From positions 24,151 through 88,150 of the forward strand of contig BQWY01000002.1 in assembly GCA_036984305.1 (NCBI GenBank): a stretch of 64,000 nt of DNA, given 5' to 3'. How positions within the stretch are numbered: the stretch's first letter is position 1; each line of letters opens with the position of its first letter. This DNA comes from Nitrospira sp. (lineage in GTDB: Bacteria; Nitrospirota; Nitrospiria; Nitrospirales; Nitrospiraceae). This document shows positions 30,173 to 37,189 of the stretch, in pieces. The notes below the pieces were generated by a model that saw nothing but the letters and a program-made list of their open reading frames with translations, did no database searches and was not told where the DNA came from. A program made the translations under genes and the position numbers.

Positions 30173-31543
30173 CTACTTCTTTTTGTAGGTACCCTGATGC
30201 GCAACCCAATCGCATCCCTTGTCTGGATTGGTATACTCACTCCAGGGCTCCGGTTTGACGAGTCCCTTCGAGCGCCAGATCGTCTTGAACTGGCCATCCT
30301 TGCGGATCTCTCCAATCAACACCGGTTTGTGGGTGTGATGATTCGCCGAATCCATCATGATCTCGCCGCCTGGGGCCAAGAACTTGCTGCCATAGACCGC
30401 CTTGCGCACCTTGTCCACCGCGGTCGAGCCAGCCTTCTCCACGGCTTGTTTCCACACATGCACCCCGAAGTAGGCGGCTTCGATCGGATCGTCCGTGACG
30501 CGATTGCCACCATCCGGCAGCTTGTTCTTTTCGCAATACGCCTTGAAGTTTGACACGAATTTTTTATTCTGCGGTGTATCGACGCTCTGGAAATAGTTCC
30601 ATGCCGCGAGGTGCCCCACCAACGGAGTCGTATCCATCCCACGCAACTCGTCTTCGGCGACGCTGAACGCCATGATCGGCGCATCCTCAGACCGAAGTCC
30701 TTGATTGGCGAATTCCTTGTAGAACGGAACATTGCTGTCTCCATTGATGGTGCTGATGACGCAGGCGCCGCCTCCGGCGGAAAATTTCTTAATCTTTCCG
30801 ACGATCGTTTGATAGTCCTGGTGATGAAAGGGCGTATACTCCTCCATGATATTGGCGGCTGCCACCTTCTTCGCCAACAACATGGCGCGAAGAATCTTGT
30901 TCGTCGTGCGTGGATACACGTAGTCAGTGCCCAACAGATAGAACTTCTTGTACTCGCCACCCTCCTTGCTCATGAGATACTCGACTGCCGGCACGGCCTG
31001 TTGATTGACCGCCGCCCCCGTATAGAAGACGTTGTGCGAGCATTCTTCGCCCTCGTATTGGACGGGGTAGAACAGCAAGCCGTTGTTCTTTTCGAATACG
31101 GGAAGCACTGATTTCCGGCTGACGGACGTCCAACACCCGAATACGACCGCCACCTTGTCCTGCAGGAGCAGACCCTTCGCCTTCTCCGCAAACAGATCCC
31201 AGTTCGACGCGGGATCCACCACCACCGGTTCGATCGGTCGTCCCATGACCCCGCCCTTGGCGTTGATCTCTTCGACAGCCATCATGACCACATCCCGCAG
31301 GGATACCTCGCTGATCGCCATCGTGCCGCTCAGCGAATGCAAGATACCGATCTTGATCGGTTCCTTCCCCGCTGCATATGACAATGCCCAATGTCCGAGG
31401 TTCCCCAGGAGCGCAGCCACACCGATCCCGGCCGCCGTTCGCCCCCCCTTGGACAAAAGTTCCCGACGGGAGAGGTTTTCAGGCCCGGCCTCGTCCGCAA
31501 GAGGCTTCTGTGTGTCGGTCGTCGTTTCGTTAATAGGTTTCAT
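30173..31543 (-). CDS. urtA: urea-binding periplasmic protein UrtA (Tat signal)
   Basis: 456 aa. SRRELLSKGGRTAAGIGVAAL signal. LivK/amide-binding fold sequence. AAGGAG before the ATG. Confidence 0.9.
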   Translation of the reverse strand: MKPINETTTDTQKPLADEAGPENLSRRELLSKGGRTAAGIGVAALLGNLGHWALSYAAGKEPIKIGILHSLSGTMAISEVSLRDVVMMAVEEINAKGGVMGRPIEPVVVDPASNWDLFAEKAKGLLLQDKVAVVFGCWTSVSRKSVLPVFEKNNGLLFYPVQYEGEECSHNVFYTGAAVNQQAVPAVEYLMSKEGGEYKKFYLLGTDYVYPRTTNKILRAMLLAKKVAAANIMEEYTPFHHQDYQTIVGKIKKFSAGGGACVISTINGDSNVPFYKEFANQGLRSEDAPIMAFSVAEDELRGMDTTPLVGHLAAWNYFQSVDTPQNKKFVSNFKAYCEKNKLPDGGNRVTDDPIEAAYFGVHVWKQAVEKAGSTAVDKVRKAVYGSKFLAPGGEIMMDSANHHTHKPVLIGEIRKDGQFKTIWRSKGLVKPEPWSEYTNPDKGCDWVAHQGTYKKK

Positions 31544-31568
31544 CGTTCGACTCCTTTTGCTTCTCGGC

Positions 31569-32951
31569 TTAGAAGTTGTACCACCAGGACAGCATGAAGT
31601 TGTCGCCTTGATTCTGGTCTCCAGTTGTCCAGTGCGTCATGAGGTGATTCCACTCCAGTCCGGTATAGAAGTCTCCCCACAGATGTCGGACCGCTGTCAG
31701 ATAGAACCGGTGGTTCAGCAGATATTGGGTATCGGGCCCGGCGGTGGTCCCGGCAAGGTCGGAGTTAAACGGATTGTCGAACCCGTACCCACCGACGAAG
31801 GTATACTTATGAGAGTGGGCATAGTTTAATTCCGCCCATCCCACCATCGTCCGAATCACCTTACCGGTGCCAAGGTTCCGTTCCTGCCCGTAACGAAACC
31901 ATTCCACGCCTAATCCCTGCCCGTAGGCAATTTCACCCGTGAACTTCAGGCGGCTCGTAATGGGCACGACTAACTCGCCGCCGACCACGAATGATTGGAT
32001 ATCCTGTCCAGACGGAATCCCACCGGTTGCCGCGGTGGGAGCGGATCGGTAGTACCGATAGGCCGCATTGGCGGCGATCATGAAACCCTGCTGTTTCCCG
32101 GTGCCGGTGTAGGCCCAGCGCGTTCCCACATACGGCATTTGCACAGGATCGTTGAAGGCGTTCTCCGAACAGGCAAACGCCCCGGTTGGATTCGTACAGC
32201 TCACCGGAGGCGATCCGCCGACGGCGCTTCCCGTGAAGGGCCGCCGCTGTGTCTGCGGCTGGATGGCAGAAAGACCGCGCTCAAACCGCATAACCGTCAA
32301 CAAACCATCCACATGGTCGCTGAATCGATGTTTTAACGTGATTTGCGGCAAGCGCTGCCAGAGATTGCCGTTGTACCCCATGATCGAGAAATCGATGAGA
32401 TTGGGGTGCAATCCCATGATCGGCGTCCAATCTTGCCCGACCGTCAACGTGGATCGCCCATTGTTGGGCGAGTACTTGACGTTGGCCAAACGCAAGCGCG
32501 GGAGAATGTTGCCTGCATTGTCCGTTTGCCCGTAAAAATCTGTCTCAACCACACCGGACAGCGAATGTTTGCCATCCGTTCGATCAGCGCGCAATCCGAA
32601 TACGCTGTATCGCGGATTGAGCGTGCTGCTGCTGTTCGAACTCGTTCCGGCCGCCGTGGCATACCCGTTGAACTGCCCCGGGTCCAGTGGGTTATTATTT
32701 CTCGTACTGTAAATGGCGTCCAATTCGACCCGCCCGTAGGGACTGATGCTGCCTTTTCCGTCCGTGGGAAACGCCGGTGCAATGCATCCTGCGCAAAGAA
32801 TCGGGGGCGGCGTCTCTTCTTCGCGGATGAGACGTCCCGCTCCTGCCGCCTCTTCCGCACTCTGCTCTTCGGCATAGGCCCCGGGCACCGCCACCAGCGT
32901 GGCAATGATCAGCACCCCCAACCACTTTCGATACATACCGTCCGCATTCAT
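31569..32951 (-). CDS. outer-membrane porin, likely urea/short-chain-amide selective (FmdC-like by position)
   Basis: Signal peptide (LGVLIIATLVAVPGAYA). Beta-rich sequence ending in the ...WWYNF C-terminal OMP signature. First gene of the urt unit. AGGAGG lies 9 nt before ATG 32951. Confidence 0.75.
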   Translation of the reverse strand: MNADGMYRKWLGVLIIATLVAVPGAYAEEQSAEEAAGAGRLIREEETPPPILCAGCIAPAFPTDGKGSISPYGRVELDAIYSTRNNNPLDPGQFNGYATAAGTSSNSSSTLNPRYSVFGLRADRTDGKHSLSGVVETDFYGQTDNAGNILPRLRLANVKYSPNNGRSTLTVGQDWTPIMGLHPNLIDFSIMGYNGNLWQRLPQITLKHRFSDHVDGLLTVMRFERGLSAIQPQTQRRPFTGSAVGGSPPVSCTNPTGAFACSENAFNDPVQMPYVGTRWAYTGTGKQQGFMIAANAAYRYYRSAPTAATGGIPSGQDIQSFVVGGELVVPITSRLKFTGEIAYGQGLGVEWFRYGQERNLGTGKVIRTMVGWAELNYAHSHKYTFVGGYGFDNPFNSDLAGTTAGPDTQYLLNHRFYLTAVRHLWGDFYTGLEWNHLMTHWTTGDQNQGDNFMLSWWYNF

Positions 32952-33006
32952 CCCTTCGCCCTCCTGGTTGAGAGACCGTCTAGTCTTGACCGCAGGGCGT
33001 CGGAAC

Positions 33007-33047
33007 AAAAAAAAACGCCCTTCCGGCCCATTTGGACCAAAAGGACG
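33007..33047 (-). terminator. intrinsic terminator C (T2) in the porin-urt leader
   Basis: Minus strand: CGUCCUUUUGGUCC-AAAU-GGGCCGGAAGGGCG (14 bp including G-U pairs) followed by U9. Lies about 55 nt upstream of the porin start codon. Confidence 0.8.
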
Positions 33048-33056
33048 CCGTTGTCC
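33043..33056 (-). promoter_or_regulatory. GGAC-AACGGC-GUCC hexaloop hairpin overlapping the 5' arm of terminator C (candidate P2)
   Basis: Read directly. Loop has A1 and G4. Its 3' arm is shared with the terminator stem. Confidence 0.6.
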
Positions 33057-33070
33057 TCATGTGAACTTGG

Positions 33071-33104
33071 AAAAAAATCGTCGTGGAACCACGCTGTTCC
33101 ACGA
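33071..33104 (-). promoter_or_regulatory. UCGUGGAAC-AGCGUG-GUUCCACGA hexaloop hairpin followed by CGAU7 (candidate P1, itself terminator-like)
   Basis: Perfect 9-bp stem. Hexaloop has A1 and G4. A U7 tract follows 3 nt after the stem, so it may act as a first attenuator. Confidence 0.55.
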
Positions 33105-33128
33105 ACTGACACACACAAAAACGGCCCT

Positions 33129-33158
33129 CTTGTATCGGATCGCTCTCTTGGTTGTCAA
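33129..33158 (-). promoter_or_regulatory. sigma70-like promoter for the porin-urt-ure unit
   Basis: Minus strand: TTGACA-17/18 nt-(A)TACAAG, about 25 nt upstream of the first leader hairpin. Confidence 0.4.
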
Positions 33159-33251
33159 TGGGTTTCTTCTTATCTGCACTCCTGTGGTACACTGCGGCAA
33201 ACCACGAAGTGCCCAGCCGTCCTCATGATGTTTGGGTACCCCCCAGCACAC

Positions 33252-34256
33252 ATGCACATTTTTACGTCCATTTTTCCGTGGCAGCTGGTCACGGGCTCTC
33301 TCCTCTGCCTAATCACGTTTCACGGTTGTGGACTGCTTTCCTCTTCCCGAACAGGGCTCTACGACGGACCTCGGGGACGCGTCTATCTCGAAACCGTCCC
33401 TGAGCGAGGCGCAAGCGGCGGCGTTGGGGTGCGGACTGGCTTGGATGCGTCACATCCCGCTCTCATCGAACCTGATGTGATCGCATCGCTTCTGAGAGGT
33501 CTTCAGATCAAAGAAACCTCAAGTTTCGGTGCGTTGTTGGACACGTCCGGAACGCCACGGCCGATCTTTACCAAGGAAGAGGCCGCTTTTTTGGCTCCGC
33601 TCCTGAGCTCGGCCTTGGCGAAGGCCTCTCCTTCCCAATTTGTCGTGTTTGAACTCCAGCAGCCACCGACCGGTTATCGCGCAAAGCGGGTTCCTGGAGC
33701 CGGAGCCGGCTCGTCCATTCCCAGTCCCGAACAGGTGAGCACAGAGGAAACCTCGGGGGCGCTGTACGTCTTTGGCCGCTCGTTGCACGCCGTGTTGACG
33801 AAATTCCGTTACGTGCCCGACCCACCCGACACGATCCGGATGGCCAATCGTCTCCTGCCGGATCCCACCGGTCTGGCCGAGTACAAGGTGTCCTTCTCTC
33901 CGGCGGCCGCTCTTCGACCAGATACGTATGCTCGCGAGGCACTGCCGGTTTCAGACGAACTACCCTCGTTTGTCATCGACTATCAAGCACTCCCCAGTTT
34001 GGTCGTAACGCCCGCCCCTGCGCCCGGGGCGTCGCAGGCATCCGGGACCACGTCCGCACCTGCGCCGTCGCGGCCGGCAAGCGCAGAGACCCCACCCCAG
34101 AATCAAATTCGTGAATTGAAAGATCTTGTTGTCGAGAAGGATCTGGAATTGGAACGATTGCGGAAAGAACTTGAACAGCTGAAACGGCGGCCGCCGACAC
34201 CGGGGCAGGCCCCTTCGAAAGTACCACCTGGCGGAAAAGTTACTCCCGCGCCGTAG
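33252..34256 (+). CDS. hypothetical secreted protein/lipoprotein with a C-terminal coiled coil and Pro-rich tail
   Basis: In-frame part of the 637-aa ORF that does not overlap the porin gene. Hydrophobic N-terminus with ...LLCLITFHGC. C-terminus IRELKDLVVEKDLELERLRKELEQLKRRPPTPGQAP. Start is uncertain (ATG 33225, 33228 or 33252) and has no clear SD. Confidence 0.5.
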   Translation: MHIFTSIFPWQLVTGSLLCLITFHGCGLLSSSRTGLYDGPRGRVYLETVPERGASGGVGVRTGLDASHPALIEPDVIASLLRGLQIKETSSFGALLDTSGTPRPIFTKEEAAFLAPLLSSALAKASPSQFVVFELQQPPTGYRAKRVPGAGAGSSIPSPEQVSTEETSGALYVFGRSLHAVLTKFRYVPDPPDTIRMANRLLPDPTGLAEYKVSFSPAAALRPDTYAREALPVSDELPSFVIDYQALPSLVVTPAPAPGASQASGTTSAPAPSRPASAETPPQNQIRELKDLVVEKDLELERLRKELEQLKRRPPTPGQAPSKVPPGGKVTPAP

Positions 34257-34265
34257 CACCCGCCG

Positions 34266-35534
34266 CTAGGATGCCGTCCCTGCCCCGCCAGCCTGCCCGT
34301 CGATCTCTCCGGCCAGTAAAATGGCCTCAGCAACCTCACGCATCGATTTACGCATCGCCATGCTTTGCCGTTGAATGAGGCGGAACGCCTCCTCCTCCGA
34401 GAGTCGCCGTGTCCGCATAATATAGCCCTTCGCGCGCTCCACCACTTTGCGCACCGCGAGTGCCTCCTGCATCTCGAAGGACTTGTCGATCAGCGTCGTG
34501 TGCTCGATCGCGATGGCCGCTTGATTGGCGATAGCCTGAAGGATCTTCGTTTCCTCGTTGGTGAACTCATGGGGAACGGAGGTGTAGGTGTTGATGACGC
34601 CGACGACCTTTTCTCGGACCAGCATCGGAACGGACAACAGGGAATAGAGTCCTTCGCGCCGTGCCAGATCTGGATACATGAAATCGTGATCTGTTGTGAC
34701 GTCCGGCACCATGATGGGGCGCCGTTCCTGCACGGCGCGACCACTGATGCTCTGGCCGACCCGCAGGTTTGGCTTGCGCCGATAGGCTTCGCTGAGGCTT
34801 TGGGTTGCCACGATTCGCAGTTCGCCCTTGTCGTGATCCAGCACCATGATCGAGCAGATCTTTGAGTTCATGAGTTGCGCAACCATCGCAACGATCAGTT
34901 GGAAGACGTCCTCAATCAATCGATTGGAGGTCACCGTTTCGGAAACCTGTGACAACGTCTCGACCTGAAGAGCCTTGCGCCGCATCTCTTCATAGAGTCG
35001 GGCATTCTCGATGGCTCCGCCCACCTGATTGGCAATCGTGGTCAGCAGGGCCAGTTCGTCTGTACCGTACCGGCGCGGTCGCTTGTGCTGCACATTGATG
35101 ACCCCGACCACTTCCTTCTTGGTCAAGATGGGCACGGACACAAACGCCTGATAGCGGTCTTCCGGCAAGTTGTGAAAAAACTTGAAGCGTGGATCGTCAC
35201 TGGCGCTGCTGGGAATGACAACGCTGGTCCGCTCTCGGGCGACCCACCCTGTGATACCTTCACCCAATCCGATCGTAATTCTGCCAATCAGGCGAGGATG
35301 CGGATTTTTCGATGCCCGCAGAACCAACTCATGCTTGTCCGCGGACAAGAGATAGAGCAGGCAAGCGTCGCATTTAGTCACCTCGACCACCACATCCACG
35401 ATATGGCGGAGGACCGCCGCGAGATCAAGGGTGTTGCTGATGGAGTCGCTGATACGATGTAGCACCTCGACTTCGCGCGTTTTGGTGCGCAAAGCGTGTT
35501 GGATTCGCTGCGTCGAATTGGAACTACGTTTCAT
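34266..35534 (-). CDS. GAF-GAF-ANTAR RNA-binding antitermination regulator
   Basis: Two GAF-like blocks (LEVLHRISDSISNTLDL...GITGWV; LSQVSETVTSNRL...). C-terminal ANTAR-like helix bundle (ALAVRKVVERAKGYIMRTRRLSEEEAFRLIQRQSMAMRKSMREVAEAIL). ATG 35534 lies 8 nt after the aroB stop. Confidence 0.8.
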   Translation of the reverse strand: MKRSSNSTQRIQHALRTKTREVEVLHRISDSISNTLDLAAVLRHIVDVVVEVTKCDACLLYLLSADKHELVLRASKNPHPRLIGRITIGLGEGITGWVARERTSVVIPSSASDDPRFKFFHNLPEDRYQAFVSVPILTKKEVVGVINVQHKRPRRYGTDELALLTTIANQVGGAIENARLYEEMRRKALQVETLSQVSETVTSNRLIEDVFQLIVAMVAQLMNSKICSIMVLDHDKGELRIVATQSLSEAYRRKPNLRVGQSISGRAVQERRPIMVPDVTTDHDFMYPDLARREGLYSLLSVPMLVREKVVGVINTYTSVPHEFTNEETKILQAIANQAAIAIEHTTLIDKSFEMQEALAVRKVVERAKGYIMRTRRLSEEEAFRLIQRQSMAMRKSMREVAEAILLAGEIDGQAGGAGTAS

Positions 35535-35541
35535 TGTTTCC

Positions 35542-36642
35542 CTAATCCCGGGTCCGTGTACGATACCACCGCGCGAACGTTGACCGTCCGATCGGTGCGA
35601 TCCGCACGGCTCCGATTCGTTCAGGCCATACACCATGAACCTGGCCCTGCACCACCTTTTTGTCGTGCTGCATCGCGTCCCACAGCTGGCGCTCGGTGCA
35701 TCGCGGCAGACGGCTTGGCAACCCGGCGGCCTCCACCAATGTGAGGATACGTTCCGGCACGTCCAACCGGCAGTAACCGAGCTTGTGCGAGATCCACGCT
35801 TCCTGCACCATTCCTATGGCCACCGCCTCACCGTGAATCAACGCGCGATAGTGTCCGAGCGTCTCCAATGCATGCCCGATCGTGTGTCCGTAGTTCAGGA
35901 TACGGCGACGATCGCCTTCCCGTTCGTCCGATGCCACGACCTCGGCCTTGATCTCACACGAACGCTGAATGATCTTCGCAATCGTGTCTTCATCCATCTT
36001 CAGGACGCTGGACATCGTCCGCTCGAGATACACGAAGAATTCCTGGTCGGCAATGACACCATATTTGATAACCTCCGCCACTCCCCCGAGCCGCTGTCGA
36101 AGCGGCAATGTCCGAAGGGTAGACGGATCGACCAGTACGGCGCGCGGCTGGTAGAAAGCACCGATAAGATTCTTCCCTTGGGGGTGGTTAATGCCGGTTT
36201 TTCCCCCGACACTAGAATCGACCTGGGCCACCACAGTGGTGGGTACCTGGACAAAGGGGATCCCGCGCAGGTAGCTCGCTGCGGCAAATCCCGTCAAGTC
36301 ACCGACAACCCCACCGCCGAGCGCAACGAGAAACGAACTGCGCTCCAGCCGGGCTTCCACGAAGCGGTCCAACACCCGCCCAAGCCAAACGAGGCTCTTG
36401 GCTCGTTCGCCGGCTGGCACCGTCACCAGCTGCGCGCCCAACCCCGCCCGCCGAATGGACCGTACGGCTGTCGGAGCATAGAGTCCCCCCACGGTCCGAT
36501 CGGTTACAATGCATACGGTTCCCTTGGCGCCGAGACGCCGGAGATGCCCTCCAAGCTCTCCGAGCAAACCGGATTGAATGGTGATGTCATAGCTACGATC
36601 GCCAAGGACAACCGGCACCGATATGGAAGCCATTGCCGTCAT
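35542..36642 (-). CDS. aroB: 3-dehydroquinate synthase
   Basis: AroB motifs (GGGVVGDLTGFAA, GGKTGINHPQGKNLIGAFYQP, LNYGHTIGHA). Start is ATG 36642 or 36633. The upstream 76 codons of the ORF look non-coding. Confidence 0.9.
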   Translation of the reverse strand: MTAMASISVPVVLGDRSYDITIQSGLLGELGGHLRRLGAKGTVCIVTDRTVGGLYAPTAVRSIRRAGLGAQLVTVPAGERAKSLVWLGRVLDRFVEARLERSSFLVALGGGVVGDLTGFAAASYLRGIPFVQVPTTVVAQVDSSVGGKTGINHPQGKNLIGAFYQPRAVLVDPSTLRTLPLRQRLGGVAEVIKYGVIADQEFFVYLERTMSSVLKMDEDTIAKIIQRSCEIKAEVVASDEREGDRRRILNYGHTIGHALETLGHYRALIHGEAVAIGMVQEAWISHKLGYCRLDVPERILTLVEAAGLPSRLPRCTERQLWDAMQHDKKVVQGQVHGVWPERIGAVRIAPIGRSTFARWYRTRTRD

Positions 36643-37133
36643 CAGATGCGAAATCTGGAGCCAGTAATCGGTAGGATCATCGACAGGACGACCGCGCTCC
36701 CGGCTCAAGGCCGTCTGGTCTCGTCCCTGTGCAGGGACAGGCAGGAGAGGTCGGATGGGAGAATCGTAGCACAGGCGTGAGGGACTTAAAAGTCCTTGGC
36801 GTCGAGCGCTGCATGTCTTGGTTCCCCGAGCTGTCCCCTCACGCCCTGCCGGACGGCTTCGTGAAGCCACGCTCCGGTTCCGCAGACAGACGTAGGCTAC
36901 CTACCCGCGCACGGCGCATGCAAAGGAGTGGTCCGATCACTGCACCAAGAGATCAAACGCCGTCGCGGTGGGTCGCGGGCCAATTCACCCAGGCCCGTGC
37001 TCTCCATACCGCGACAACCTCCTGCAACTGGTATCGTCAGTGATCAGAACGTAGGACCATGTCGAGAATCCATGCAAGATGCGGGGCGAAGGCGAACTGG
37101 GTGATGACCGTCGGTACGAAAGGGCAGTCCTTT

Positions 37134-37153
37134 GCCGCGGGTTTCCCCGCGGC
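37134..37153 (-). other. strong GNRA-capped hairpin just downstream of pilQ
   Basis: Minus strand: GCCGCGGG-GAAA-CCCGCGGC, 8 perfect GC-rich bp, 37 nt after the pilQ stop. No U tract follows. It may be a transcript-end, stabiliser or processing structure. Confidence 0.4.
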
Positions 37154-37189
37154 GTGGGACTCGCGTCGTGAACGGACGAAATCGGTCGG

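Noticed and set aside
32980-33060. A possible 26-codon leader peptide (MRTTASFWSKWAGRAFFFVPTPCGQD) spanning terminator C in the urt leader.
   Set aside because: There is no SD upstream of its ATG. Its sequence is dictated by the hairpin and the U tract, and I see no regulatory codon logic. It is more simply explained as non-coding leader RNA.
32343-33224. The N-terminal 290 codons of the 637-aa plus-strand ORF.
   Set aside because: This part is antisense to the porin gene and crosses the urt leader and promoter. Only the part downstream of about 33225 looks like a real protein.
36782-36795. GGACTTAAAAGTCC palindrome in the pilQ-aroB gap, with the same arms as the leader motif.
   Set aside because: The loop is UUUUAA/UUAAAA in either orientation, with no A1/G4. 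No terminator or U tract follows. It is kept only as a note within the gap finding.
36643-37189. A degraded aroK pseudogene in the pilQ-aroB gap.
   Set aside because: My translation of the three minus-strand frames found no P-loop remnant or other shikimate-kinase-like stretch. I cannot exclude a heavily eroded relic without an alignment search.
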